Program-made: the position numbers and the translations under genes
The notes under the pieces: model-generated
The model's database searches: none
Seen by the model: only the letters and a program-made list of their open reading frames with translations
What the model was told of the DNA's origin: nothing
NCBI RefSeq assembly: GCF_006345805.1
Contig: NC_043013.1
Location: 12,896,001-12,960,000, forward strand
DNA: 64,000 bases
Origin: Octopus sinensis
Lineage: Eukaryota
Direction of reading: 5' to 3'
In this document: in pieces, positions 13,422 to 27,929 of the stretch
How the letters are laid out: every line of letters starts with the position of its first letter
Position numbering within the stretch: position 1 is the stretch's first letter

Positions 13422-13680
13422 GCGTATGTCTTAGTTCTCTGATTAGACAGAGTTGTTCACATATTTGGCAGAGGATTGCAAGGTTGTGTGTTCAATTCCT
13501 GGCGACGCGTTGTATCTTTGAGCAAGACACTTTATTTGACGTTGCGTCAGTCCACTCAGCTGTCAAAAGTGAGTAGTACATTATTTCAAAGACCCAGCCT
13601 GTGTCACGCTGAATCTCCTTGACATTTACGTTAAGGGTACACGTGCCTGTGGAGTACTTAGCAACTTGCACATTAATTTC
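13422..13680 (+). mobile_element. tRNA-derived SINE
   Basis: GTTCAATTCC B box and TTGAGCAAGACAC core; shares GTGTCACGCTGAATCTCC..GCACATTAATTTCA with about 34830-35180. Confidence 0.6.
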
Positions 13681-13735
13681 ATATATATGCATATATATAT
13701 ATGTGTGTGTGTGCGTGTGTGTGTGTGTATGTATG

Positions 13736-13768
<33 letters not shown>

Positions 13769-13985
13769 GTATATAGATAGATAGATATTATTATTATTAT
13801 TATTATTTGATTGGACGCCACACATCCTATTTATCTTATTATTTTTGATGCGACTCTACCCTATGCTGTTCTCTCTCTCTTTTCTCTCTCTCTCTCTTTC
13901 TCTCTCTCTCTCATCCTTCCTCTAATTCCTTTTTCTCCCCTTTACCGTTTTCTTTCTATCTGTCTCTCTCTCCCTCTTTACCTTT

Positions 13986-14027
<42 letters not shown>

Positions 14028-14560
14028 GCTCACACGTGACCATCGTCCATCTTTTTTCCTCACATGATCATTTTTCTTTTCTTTCAGGGCTGTCGTAGAG
14101 ACTGCACGTATCCTATCTGTCTCTCTCTTCTATCTTTTCTCTTGCCAAAGAAAATATTTCTCCAGCGTTCGCTATTTTACCTTCGTCTGGTCTAACAACC
14201 CTCCATGTTGTTTTCGTTCGGTTTCCTTGTACGTCTCAACTCTCCTGTTTTTGTTACCAGCCTTGACCACCCCGCAAACCCCAAATTTCATTTTGGTACT
14301 TATGAGAGCAGCTGCCTTCGAAGATTCATATTGTCGTTCAATGCTCGAAATGAGAAGATGGACAGCCGACAACTGATGAAGGGTCGTTCTTTATGTTACG
14401 TGTTCTGTTTTCCATTTTTTTCAGTTGTTGTTTGCGTATTCAACTCTTTTGTTTTCGGATTTCCTGTTGTTTACGGTTTGTGACGTCCTGTACCCATATA
14501 TGCATATATAATTATATATATATATATACATATATATATATACATACATACATACATACA

Positions 14561-14630
<70 letters not shown>

Positions 14631-14634
<4 letters not shown>

Positions 14635-14862
14635 GTTGGTGCATAATTATTGCGGCTTTTTTCGACAAATTTTATTCAACAAAAACAATAACAACATGAA
14701 ACAAAAACAAGTTTAAACGATTCACCATATTCTCCATCTACTTCAACTACCACTTCCCATTTGCTTGGCAGACCGTCAGACCGTCATTTAAAGCTGTTTT
14801 TCTTGTTGATTTGTTGAATAAAATTTGTTGAAAAGAGCCGCAGTAATTATGCACCAATCCAA
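14631..14862. mobile_element. Mariner-derived MITE
   Basis: TA-flanked TIRs TTGGGTTGGTGCATAATTATTGCGGC / GCCGCAGTAATTATGCACCAATCCAA; internal transposase C-terminal remnant (LPSKWEVVVEVDGEY) on minus strand. Confidence 0.85.
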
Positions 14863-15395
14863 TATTATTTATATTATTTTTGATTGAACGTCACGCATCC
14901 CTTTCCAAGTATATATATGGGGTTTTGAGGCTTTGCATGCTGACTACTTGATAAATTCTTATAAAGATTTTATCCTATTTTAAATTTTAAATTTTACCGA
15001 ATATATTCAGTGCTGAATTATTCTGAATGTACACGTGTACCGAAATATAATTCGAAAAACCCACCTCTTACATAGATACATACTAGTTAACAACTTTAAT
15101 GTGCTACGTTGGATACATTTGGTGTTCGTCTGGTATGTCGATTTTTGTTCATTTTTATGTGCCTTGATTATACTTGCACTGACGGTTATAAAGTGCATTT
15201 TGTGCACTAATTGAAATCATATGATATGCAGCTGAATCTGTTTTTAAGGAGCTCGCTTCAAGTGTTGCACTCCCTCGCGTTCGGTACAATATATTTATTA
15301 TGGTAGTTTTGACTTTAAAGGGATGAATTATAATTTTTCCCTTTTTTAGGATTTTAACGTTGACTACTTGATAAACTCTTACAAATATTTTATCG

Positions 15396-15530
<135 letters not shown>

Positions 15531-15899
15531 ATATGCATGTATGTATAAGCATGTGTTTATGTGTTTATGTGAATATATATATACATGTACTTTGTGTGTA
15601 TCAGTATATAGTTTTTATACATGTATACACATATGGGTTCGACTAAAAGACAGTTTCGCGTTAGAGGAAAAGTAGCATCCCCACAAGGCCACACCACCCA
15701 GTGCCGTGTTGACACACGACCAACAATGTGGTGAGGATTTCTCCCCCCTTATAATATTGGGGAACATACCCTGGCCAGCGGGACAGATGTAGTCAACACC
15801 CAGCCATAACCACCGGAATGGGTTCGAAGGCTAGAAGCACATCTAGCTCAGCTGATTATTTCCTACTTTAGCTTATATTTCTTGTTTTTATCATTTATA

Positions 15900-16346
15900 T
15901 CCCATATTAAACTGCTTAAGCTGGTGCTAGCTATTTTATTTTTGACTTTAAAGGTGCGTTCATGGTAGGTTATTCTGCTCTTTATGTAATTTTAAGTGGA
16001 TCCTATGTAGTAATAATTTTGTCCTTCAGATTCTACCTCACACCTATAAATTAAATTTTTGTATTTGCACAAGTTTTGTAACGACAATGGTTTTTAAATT
16101 TACAATCGGTACGTTCATTTTCAGTTTCCCTTTTAATAGAGCTATGCTCATTTTCCCCATCTATAGTGTTATTTCCATTTTGTTTATCTGTAATGTTTTG
16201 ATTCGTAACCATAGGTTCTTTCTTTTGGCTCCTCCAATTCTTATTTGTTTTTATATTTGGTATTTATATATATTTTGTGTTCATTACTTCTGTTATAATT
16301 ATTTTCATATTTTTTGGTTTATTGCTAATGTTATTACTTTTATTAC

Positions 16347-16412
<66 letters not shown>

Positions 16413-17070
16413 GTGTTTTTTTCTCATTTTAGGTTACGAGCTTAATTTTTTTCCTATCCAATTGGTGGACATTGCGGGTTACCTCCTTTCCTTTACGAGT
16501 TGTATTTTCCAAATTTTGCTTTATTTTCAGCAACATTATGATCAACAAGCAGTTTATCAGGACTGTTCTTACCTCTATTATTATAGAAATCATTCAGTAT
16601 TTTATTATTCAGTGCAGATATAATTTATGCAATGCTTTTTAAATCTCAAAAGCCGACTACTAGGCTGCATGCGTTTATTATCTTATGATATTTATTTTCT
16701 TGCGCAAGATGTCTGGATACAGCTTCATCATAGAACAATTTAACTAAAATGGTTTTAATTTGTTTATCAAATGGAATTATTAGCCACAAAAAAATTAGCT
16801 TCGTTAGAATTCCTATTAAAATAATCTTATTGTAGGTTTATTGCATTTATATATGGGGTGTAGCATTTTATTGTGTTTTTATGGGCCATTTTTGCCATTT
16901 GTGTCAGTATCTCAATATCATCTTTCCTTATTTCATTGGGCCTTTTTAAGCTTCAACCAGCCATGTACATGCGATATATTCATTTCTTTTCTTCTTTCAA
17001 GAAATACCTGTGCTTGACGCTTTTTAATGTGTGGAAAAGTTTTACACAGAACTAATACCACTCTGTAAAC
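15900..17070 (-). mobile_element. Possible highly degraded Penelope-like C-terminal region
   Basis: A-rich minus strand with weak resemblance to PLE endonuclease-region motifs; no clean ORF. Confidence 0.3.
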
Positions 17071-17639
17071 TACAAAGCATGATCCAAAAAGAAGAGCAAG
17101 TCGACATCACTGGAGGTATTTGCAGTCGCAGGTTTTATAGCAGAGTATCCTCCCAGTCCTTGACTGATCAAAGGCTAACCCCAAGACAGCGGTGAAGGAT
17201 TTCACTTCAGAGTTACCTTCTCCTAGATTACCTTCACAAAAGCTTTGTTAAATACTGTAACTCCATCCACTCCTTATATATTTATACAAACACACACACA
17301 CACAAATGTATAGAATATGCTTTTTTCTTTTTATTTTAAATATAAATGAAATTAAAATACATATATATATATATATAAACAAACGAAGGATATATAAAAG
17401 GAATCATTCATAAATATGTATAAATATGTTATATGTTATATATATGTATGTACGTATGTGTGTATAGATATAAAATTGCGAATATAATAAAATGTAGTAG
17501 AATGGAATAGAATATGAAAAGAATGAGAATATAAAAATGTTATATATGTGTATAGATATAATATATAGAATATAAGAGAACGTAATAGATTGTAACAGAA
17601 TATGAAAATATATAAATCTTTAAATCTTTAAAATGTTTC

Positions 17640-18700
17640 AGCGTCAAAGCTGCGGTCATTCTGGGAGACCACCTTTGAATGAGCTACACCATTATCTAAA
17701 ACCTCCTCTGATATGTGGCATTTGATCAATGAAAGAGTTTGATGCCGCTGCCCTCATCTGTGAGGTAGGCTTATCTGGAACCCTTGAGAGGAAGAGATCC
17801 ATTTTCATTTTGAAGGCACCTACATCCACACCATGTAGGTCTCTCGGGCATTTTGAAAGGGAATTGAAGAGCTGTGGGCCTTTGAAGCTCAAGCTGTTGC
17901 AGTTCTGCGGTTTGAGTAACTTTCAATACCAAAGTTTGGTGCAAGGCCTTCCAGGATTTTCCAGATGAATTCCACTGCGTATATTTCCCGCTTTCGCGCT
18001 AGGGAGAAGAGTTTTAATTCTTTCAATTTTTCCCAATAGCTGATACGTTGCATTTAGACGATTTTATTAGTGTAGCTTCGGTAGATTGCTTCAAGTTCCT
18101 CTGTGAATTTTATATTGTGTGGTGACCATATTCCGGAGCAGTAGTCAAAGCGGCTGAGGAGGTATGTCCTCCAAAGGGCCATCAATGTCTCCTTTTCTCT
18201 TGTTTTGAAAGTTCAGATGATCCATCCAGCTATCCATCTGCATTTTATTATCACATTGGTAATATTCACTGGAAAAGATGCATTATTGCTCATGTCAATG
18301 CCGAGGTGTCGCACCGATTTGATTCAGGGATTTCAATTCCTTCCGGGCCAGTGTACCCTGTCTGCATGTCGTTTAGCTTCGTGTGCTGGTAGCGTAGGGA
18401 CTTGAATTTTCCTGTATTAAACTGCATGTTGTTGTCCAACTGTATATTGCGTGCAATTCTCGTTACAGATGTGCAATATTTCCAGGGTTTTGCATTGTCT
18501 GAGACTTTTGTGTCATCTGCCTAGCCAGCAAGGGTGGCTTGCTATCTGAGCAGCTGTGTGCATGTTTGAGAGGGCCACTATGGATAGCTGTGGCCCCAAG
18601 ACAGTACTCTGTGGAACACCATTTATTATTTGAGTTTCCTTGGCGGTGGCTCCGTTGGCCACCACTGCCTGACATCTATCTTTTAGATAGTCGTGCAATC
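17640..18700 (-). mobile_element. CR1/L2-group LINE 3' remnant (RT)
   Basis: Minus strand: NGVPQSTVLGP, FDYCS near 18135-18150, GPQLFNSL..FKMKMDLFL. Confidence 0.8.
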
Positions 18701-18873
18701 ACTCTAGTGATTTTAGTTTTGATCTTCTATGCAAATGAAGATATTTGCTTCGTTTTGCTGCTGTTATTTCTACGAATGAGAAAATACATTGCGGAACTGT
18801 TATTTTAACGAGTTGTATCTATTTATCACTCACTGTGATGCACCTGCACTGCCAGACACTATTGAACTAGTTA

Positions 18874-20161
18874 CGAGGGGCGTTCAATAAGTAATACCTC
18901 CGACCCACTTGCAGTTGTTTGATCTAGCTGAAATTTTGCATGTGCAATTATTTATATGTCTATAGATTAAGTGGTAAATTACAGCTCTGAACTAATTGTG
19001 GTTTCTGATTTACAGGTGTTTGAACCGAGTCAAGTGTGAAATGGAGCCTGTTGAATGTCGAGCAGTGATCCGGTTTTTGTATTTGAAAGGACGCACACCA
19101 CGGGAGACTTTTGACGAAATGAAAGTAACTTATGGTGATGATGCCCCATCATATGACCTTGTAAAACGCTAGCATCGTGAATTCAAACATGGTCGGGACT
19201 CTGTGGAAACAGCTCCCAGATCTGGTCGCCCCCCTACTGCCATTGATGAGGCATCTGTCATATCAAGTTGAGGCTGCCATTTTGGAAGATCGACGCATAA
19301 CTATTCGCCAAATAGCCCATGAGGTCAAGATTAGTACCCGGTCTGTGGAAACCAATCATTCATGACCATTTGCATATGCAAAAGGTGTCTGCCAGATGGA
19401 TTCCCAGGTTGCTCACACCTTTCCAGAAGCAAGAACGCGTCGAGTGCTCGAGGATGAATTTGGAGATGTGCCAAGATGAGTCAAAAATTTTCAAAAGACT
19501 GATTACACAGGATGAAACGTGGGTCCATCACTATGATCCAGAGACAAAGCCCAGTCAATGCAGTGGAAGCACAGTGACTCACCTCCTCCAAAGAAGGCAA
19601 GGGTGCAGCCCTCCGCTGTCAAGGTCATGCTCACAGTCTTCTGGGACCAGGAGGGAGTAGTGATGACAGATTTCCTGGCAAAGGGTACCACAATTATAGG
19701 AGCCTATTATGCTTCACTTTTGAGGAAATTAAGAGAAGCTATCAAAATCAAGAGGCAGAGCAAAATCAGCAAAGGCATCCTCCTCCTGCAGGACAACGCT
19801 CCGGTCCACAACTCGATGGTCGCCAGATCAGAAGCACAGGCGTGCGGCTATGAAATCCTCCCCCATGCCCCTACTCTCTTGACCTTGCACCCTCGGATTT
19901 TCACCTCTTCCCAGCCATGAAGTTGTTTTTGAAAAGAAAGCGTTTCCCAGATAATGCAGCCTTGATTTCTGAAGTCACGTCATGGATGGAGGACCAATCT
20001 GGGATCTTCTACAAAACGGTCTCCAGAGCTGCATCAAACGATGGGAGAAATGCGTAACTCTGGGTGCTTCCTATGTAGAAAAAGACTAATAACTGTGCCA
20101 AGTTTCGTTGCTCTACTGCTATGGGAAGTGGGTCAGGGCATTACTTATTGAACGCCCCTCA
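18874..20161 (+). mobile_element. Full-length mariner (DD34D), inactive transposase starting at 19041
   Basis: TA TSD; TIRs CGAGGGGCGTTCAATAAGTAAT / ATTACTTATTGAACGCCCCTCA; motifs WIPRLL, ITQDETW, LQDNAP, DLAPSDF; frameshifts. Confidence 0.95.
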
Positions 20162-20273
20162 TAAGTGTCCCACTCATGAAAGGTCCATGCTAGATGTGTC
20201 GAAACAATTGTCGTGATTAATAATTTAAATTCTCGTATATACTCCATCTTCCGTTTTTTATCTACCATAATGT

Positions 20274-20396
<123 letters not shown>

Positions 20397-20727
20397 AGAA
20401 TATAAAAAGGAATATAAAAATAGAAACATATAAAAAGCAATTTGAGAATATACAAGATATATATATTCTGCACGCACACAAACACACACACACACACACA
20501 CACATGTACACACGTTGATGAATGGCCGTTGAATACTCATTAGTTTCTCCTCCATTTCCAGGATCCTACTTTTCGCCCTGTAGTGTGTCTAACAATCACC
20601 CTCCTCTTGGTTGGATTGCCTGTTTACTCGCCGACAATCCGATCATGTAACAGTTTGTACTCGGCTACATGTGTTACCAGCAGCGTTCAAGAGCGTCCAG
20701 TGTCACTCGAGAGCGTCCTAACATGTG

Positions 20728-20842
<115 letters not shown>

Positions 20843-21369
20843 ACGGAGTGTTGCGAAAAGCAACACCTGCCAAAAGACAGGAGTTGAAAGTTGGGTGAAT
20901 GAATGTTGGAAGGAAAATCGATGTTCTGCCCCAAGAACTCTACTTTTGTGTGCCACACTTGTTTGGAGACCTCTTGACAGATATTTACCAGAACTGGCAG
21001 CACAACAGAAGAATACTTTGAGTCGAGCAGTGACCCAAACAACAGGAATCTCGTGATAATTTTCGGACCATAACTCTACTGAACGCACTGACACCAGGCG
21101 CACTGAGGTGATCAGCATTGCTTTAAGGGACAACGAGGCAGTGACGACAACAAAAATCGTTCTTCAGCTCCGTACCTAGAGATGCACGTCGATCAGTCCA
21201 GCAGCGTCATTGTACACTGAATAAATTGCTCGGGACCCAGTTTGGCCCAGGTCTCCAAGTAGAGAAGAACTGGGTCGAGCAGGGTGACCTGTCTTACTCG
21301 GGAATCGACCCAGAGGAAGTTATCCCTGAAAGGTGGAGCAGAGGTGCCGAATGCTTACAACATTCCCAT

Positions 21370-21900
21370 CATATTATCGCTTGAACATCGTGCCATACCC
21401 CGTTTCTCGCTGTAACAGATTGAAGAGACTCCTTTTCTGCTTTCTTTGAAAAGGACACATTGTACTGTTCAAGCGCTCTATCGGTTGTGAGTACTCACTA
21501 AGCGGAGGGCTGGGTATACACTGAAGCTGCGACATCTCCAGGGTTTCCTTGGCGCTCAACAAGTGTGGTCGCAGTTTGTCAGATTCATTTTTCCACAGCT
21601 CTCTTTGGTAGAATCACAGTCAGGTAGAATCAAGCATATACTAAGACAAGTTTTCTGACACATCTAGAGTGTAGACAGAAGCTCTCAACCCTCTGCTAGT
21701 CAACCAATACGGAAGTTCCTGTTTGATGTTCTACAGATGGTTTGTTGTAGGAAAGAGCGACGGTGTCGTTGGGGAGGCTCTGGGTATCGACAAACGTTAA
21801 GTAGCTGATTTCTTTCATTTGGGGCCCGAGGCTCATCGATAATTTCCAGAAATCATTGGCTATGCTACCAGTAGACATTGCCGGCTCGATATAACCTCTA
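21370..21900 (-). mobile_element. Gypsy-type LTR retrotransposon integrase remnant
   Basis: Minus-strand fragments FWKLSMSLGP..YLTFVD and SQPIERLNST resemble the integrase D and E motifs; heavily decayed. Confidence 0.5.
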
Positions 21901-23031
21901 CAAATTACATAGAAACACTATGAGTTGGGTCAGCTTGAGATGTGCCCAGGTCAACGAAAGTGTTCTGCACAAAATATTGGTTTTCCTACATCGATGCGGT
22001 CTAAAAAGGTTTGATTGAGATGTTAAAACTACCTGTAACATCCTAGAACTTTTCTAAAAGTCTGCTCTTCCTTCATAACTGAGGACTTGTGTCAATACTA
22101 GAAATAACTGATAACTGATAATAAATAACACAACATATATTAAAGAAGTAATGATTTCTTATATAAAATTATCTTATATAAGTTGGGAAGTTGATTTATT
22201 AAAGAGATTAGGATTTCTTGATTAATTTTAAAGAAATCATTAATGATATCATATCCACGAGAGAAATAAGAAACTATTTTATTTTTATTCCATTTCAGAA
22301 CTTTGGAATGATTTCAAACAGTCCCTTACATTCGAGAAGATTAACTCTGTAGGATGTGGTTTAAGAATTTTCCACTTTTATTATTTCGTTGACAGTAAGA
22401 CCAATTTTTATTGTTTATTTATTGTGTTCTTTGTTTCTGTTTTTTGTTCTTCATCTTTAATTCATTGATCTCTAGTTCTTACCTAAAAAAATGAAGATAT
22501 TAATAATTGTATCTTTCTTTCTCATCGCATTATTATTTCTACTTAGTCTTAATTCTTATTTAAATAGGTTAGCAGTGAATTAATAATTGATAGACTTGCA
22601 AATGATCTACAAATTCATTTAAAATCTGGTAGATGGATTAATATTAATCCTGGTTGTCATTAAAAATCTGAACACACTTCATTACTAACTTGCTTAGAAA
22701 TACTGGTAATATGAGAACCACTCTACCTCCGAGATAACCAGCTACATATCCCTTCTCCTTCTCCCATCATACATGCTATTTCACCAGCCAGATCCCTCGT
22801 CAATTATTATTCCCAATCCTTCCTTTCTAGATTATGCAACATTCAGGAACTCACTCCCTACTCACACTAAGCTAAGGATATACAAACGGAACATTAATAA
22901 TATCGATCTATCGAATCAATAGTCCCTATCTATTCGTTTCCCTTGTACCTTGTCAATGAAGAGAAATAATTTAATTTATGTTCTTATATTTTTTATGTTT
23001 CCTCTTTCCTTTTTTTCTACTTCTATTGCAG

Positions 23032-23222
23032 TAAAAGAAGTTAGTAACTTGACTGCTTATTCAACTTTTTCCTTCAAACAAAATCCATATCACAACCTGA
23101 TAACCGAGGCTCAAATGGATGCTCACTCGGTTCTGGATTGTTCACATTTATGTACGGTATCTTCTTCATGTATCGCCTTTTCATATACTAACACTAAGTG
23201 CGTACTAAAGAAACTGATCTGA
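23032..23222 (+). CDS. PAN/Apple gene terminal exon 5 (domain 3 + stop)
   Basis: Long polypyrimidine tract plus ttgcAG; phase 1; SVLDCSHLC..SCIAFSY..KCVL; TGA at 23220-23222. Confidence 0.87.
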
Positions 23223-23337
23223 ATTTTATTGGAATTCACCCCAAAATTATTTACTTCTCAATGAAATGTGAGCAAGACTCCAACGGGTCACGTTTGCTAA
23301 TAATAATTATATAAGATAAAATGTGTATTTCCTTATC

Positions 23338-23343
23338 AATAAA
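23338..23343 (+). terminator. Polyadenylation signal
   Basis: AATAAA about 115 nt after the stop, followed by T-rich sequence. Confidence 0.6.
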
Positions 23344-24699
23344 ATCAATTTAGTTCAGATAATTCTTTTGTTAATTTATATTTATTGCTAACGTTTTTCG
23401 TTTTAAATTAGTCTTCTCTTAGAAATCCATTCACACATTGGGATATTTATTAAATTTACCAGAGTACTAATGAAGCAATTGGGTATTATTTTATCGACCT
23501 TCAAAGAATGAATCGCAATAAAAACCTGAACAGCATTTGATCTCAAAACATAACGGTCTTAACAAAATATCAGAAGCAGTCAAACCGAATCTTTAACGCT
23601 TCTTACCCATCATCTAAATAATATATGAGATAAAATAATTGCATTTGATTGATTTCTCTTAAAAAGTGAAATCATTTAATATTCAAGCTAAAAAATAATG
23701 ATCAAAGTAACATCGAAAAGTTTTCTGAAGAATATGGTAAACAGTTTATAAGAACCAATGTTCGTCTATTCCAGTGTAAGAAAGCACCGAAAATTTTAGG
23801 TTAATTTTTGAGTTTCAGCTCTGATCTCTTTAAGCAGGTAATTCTAAACTAATTTTATCGAAATTTACAAAGCCAAATTAAAATTAAAATCTTTCTTTTT
23901 TCTCGTTGGACGAAATTTTGCGTCTCAGCAACTTACTTGCTTATAACGTTGGTAGAGGTTAAATGAAAATATGAAATCTTTTACACGAGAAACGAAATTT
24001 ACTAGAAATTCCGTCATTATTGAAATGTTATGCTTAACAGTGAAAAATGAATTGAAATACTGACCATAAATGTCGTAAAATTGTTCGTTTTGTTTTCACC
24101 GGTTATCATATAAATTGATATTGGATTCTTTGTTTATAGTTTAGTAAAGAGTGGAGGTGGCATTTGCAAGATTTTACGGATTAGTGAGATCGATACGGTT
24201 AATGTTTAGTTTTAAGATTTGTGTGTTCACAGAGATTGAATTTCAGCGGATTAATGTTCTGGGTCAGTGCCGACTCAATCGTTTTGTTGTAGCTTAGACA
24301 GCATTAGTTAAAAAATCTCTAAGTATGCACAAAGACTTTATATAGACATTAATTTGAGTTTTAATTTAATAAATCAAATGTAAAGTCAACCTCTCAATGT
24401 GATTGAACTGTCACAAATAAATAAAAAGTTACATGAAAGATGGTACCATCAGTTACAAGTTATGAAAATACAAACTACGTGAAGGCATTTCTCTTTTCGG
24501 TGTTTCATAATAATTGGGCATAAATTGTGCTGTTTGGGGGCTACTACAGAATTCTTGAGATGAGATTTGATCATCCACAATTTGAAAAAGTATTCATTCA
24601 TAGCGTGCCGTGTTACATTTACAGGCAGCAGTTCGTTCCATTCAAACGAGGAATCCATAGAGAGATTCAAAAACTCAAGTAAATCGGTCAATGAGCTCA

Positions 24700-25297
24700 A
24701 AATGTGTCACTTCCACCCGATGAGTCGCTTTGCACAGCGGAATTCGGATCTTTTCAAATTTGTGGCCAGGACCCCAGATCTTTCTAGTTAACTAAATAAT
24801 TTGAAACTTTGTGTACTCATAGAGTGGAACTAGTTTATTCGCCAGTTGGAACTAGTTTATTTGAGAAAAATCTATTTTATGACTTTAATCGTAGATTAAA
24901 ACTGCGAATTTTAACCAATGAGATTGATTGTTTTCATATCTAAAACGTTACTGCGATCTGTTAGTGTGACGTTGAAAGCAGTTTTGTGACGTAGTTGAAG
25001 ACGGCTTATAAGCACGTCTGCTATTTCTAAAAAGCTTTGTGTGTGGTAAAGTAATTTTTTTACTTTACCATATTTTTATAAATTATATCGGAGAATCCAT
25101 ATTTTTATAACATATATCGGAGAATCCATGTGATTTTTCGTTGTTTTTCTCTTATACGTATGTGAATTATTTCTGAGTATGCATTGTCTGGGAGACTTTT
25201 TCTTGCAGTTGAGAAATTTTTGGCTGCTATTTCTAAAAGCTTGGTGTGTGGTTAAGTAATTTTTTTACTTTACCATATTTTTATAAATTAATATATA

Positions 25298-25387
<90 letters not shown>

Positions 25388-26055
25388 TTACTCGGTGTAT
25401 GTGTATATGTATGTCTGCATGTGTGTGTGTATGTATGTGTGTGTGTGTGTAAGTATGTGTAAAAAATTACATTGAATTGGCCATACATACATACATACAT
25501 ACACATACACAGATACATACACACATACATTCAGGCATATACACATACACCGAGTAAAAAATTTCAGTTATCTCTCTCTTTCACACATTACTCTCTCTGT
25601 CTCTTCACACACACTAACAGAAGCACTTCACTTACACAACATACTGTCTCCCACACCCCATCAAACACACACACACACACATGTACATCAATGCTTCCCC
25701 TAGACGGTAACTTCAAAGACAAACTTTTGTTATTAGAAGGTGGCTGACTATAGCTTGTTTACATTTAAGATGTTTAACACGTCACGAAATTGGTGGTCGA
25801 GACGGAGTAAATAAAATAAAGCCGAATGACGGAATATCATTGGTTAAAATTCTAATTATTAAACAACGTTAAACTTAGAAGTTACAATTCCGTTTTCATT
25901 CTGGTTTACAATTAAGTTTACTTTTGACACATTCTACCAGTATACGAAGTTTCAAATTGTTTGGTTCAGTAGGAAAAATTTGAAAAAACTGGCTTCAGAA
26001 TAGAAAAGATCCCGGAATTCTGATATCAGAGTGACCAATTTCAGTGGAAATGTAT
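24700..26055. mobile_element. Old non-autonomous DNA transposon with long degenerate TIRs
   Basis: GGAATTCGGATCTTTT..AATTTGAAACTTTGTGTACT (24740-24820) is the inverse of AGTATACGAAGTTTCAAATT..AAAAGATCCCGGAATTC (25940-26020). Confidence 0.5.
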
Positions 26056-26329
26056 CTGCTATGAATCTGAGACAAACAATGTTCAGAAATTGGGAATTTA
26101 GAGATTAAGGTAAGTAGGCTCATCATTATACCACCATTTTATGCTGAAAATCGGTGTTGGAGCTCTAAGCAAATGTAGTTCAACATAGAAATGTTCAATA
26201 GAAATGAAGACGTGTAATAATGAGCATGCGCATTGGATACATTAATACAGACAGAGAGTTGTGTGATTCTAGTCGAGATACCCTTAACTAGTGAGTTAAT
26301 TGCGCCAGGGGTTGATATGATAATTGGTT

Positions 26330-27340
26330 TAAGTAGGTAGTGGTCTAGTAGTATAAACTAGATTTAAAGTCCAAAGTTACGTCCTGGAAATTAACTGTCT
26401 TTGTATTATGCTCAAATGTAGTAAGTTGGTTGTAATTTCTGAAAAAATTTCTGAATACTTTTTTCTCGTCCGTTCTAAAACCACTTTACTATTAGTTGGG
26501 ATAATGAACAAAGCATCGTCCCTACATAGACCTACACATAGATTAGGAAATATATCTTGGAGGCAATGCAGGAGATATATTCCTACTAGATCGGTGACCT
26601 GGACCAATTACTAGATCTCATAGCAACATCGAAATTGTCAGGAGTGTCATGCTGCGTTCACAGCTCACCCTCGAATTCAATGACGGTTCTCCTAGCCCAC
26701 AAAAAAATATCAATGTTATACAAAGTGGGAGATATACTACAGTAATAAACATTAATCTCGAATTGTAAAGAAGAGTATTTACGTTTACGATCTATAGAGG
26801 AAAACCAGTGTACGACCTCACACCTATTACACCATAATTTAAAAGGTATAATCGGAATTAAAAGAGAGATAATTTTTATCTAACAGAGCTTAACGATATC
26901 CGATCTAGTCGGGCTGATCGATCAGGCAGATCAGTCAGGTTGATCAGTCGTATAGACAGGTTGTCCTAAAAGTTGACCCTAGACTCACAAGGCCAGAGTG
27001 GCTCCGTTCTCTCATATATTTTCCAAATGAAGATGATTTTAGATGGAACTGCGTTAATATCGTCCAGTGTGGATTTATGAGTATTCCTATATTTTTTGTT
27101 GAATTCCTTGAGTATTAGTTCGGGGTACGTGGTGTAATCTGTTCTATATAGATTTCCGGCCTTATCAGTTGGCATCAAGCTTCCGGGTTCATATCTCAAT
27201 TCCTTGATAAGTTTCGTTAGATTTCTTAGGTGCAGGTTTTTCCTAAGAGGATCACGCTTGAACTTTATGTTAGATATAATTTGAAATGAATCTTTTTCGA
27301 AGTGATCTAATAACAGGTTAGGAGGTGAGATTTTGCGGTA
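26330..27340 (-). mobile_element. Penelope-like reverse transcriptase remnant
   Basis: Minus strand PTDKAGNLY (ADK motif) and GLCRDDAL (YRDD motif). Confidence 0.75.
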
Positions 27341-27929
27341 TATATTTCAAGCAAGGGGCGAACCCCTAGCATCTTCAAGCAGACGACGGGATCCCCAGAC
27401 CGAACGGCTTCGGACTATTCATGCCCAACTTCAGTGGTGAAAACCCGACCGCTAGGATGAGCAGGAATTCGCTCCAGATCGCAATATATTGAAAACTAAG
27501 CGACAATCTGTCACTGATCTTGCAACAAGCAAAGAAGCCAATTAAAAAGTCTTACTATGAGTTGAAGGTATTAACTATACAGAGAAGTAATTTTTATCAC
27601 CACAATAATATAGCTGTTCAACGTTATTACTGTATAACCCCAGGCAGCGCCCCCGCCAGCTGGTTATCAGTATAGTTGCTACTACATAAAATATACCGTC
27701 TCTAAAAACATATTTTACAGTGTTACACTCTACAATGCCAAAGTTAGACTCACGGTGGAATGATGCCCATACACTCGAGGCAGTGCTTTTATTATACACA
27801 CAAGCAGCTTTGAATGTACCCACACAAAAGTCATTCGACTGATGAACGAACAATCACCCATTCTGCTACAACTATCAGGTGACATACGTGCATTTTGTAC
27901 GGCTGTTATAACCAATACTTAATATGCTA

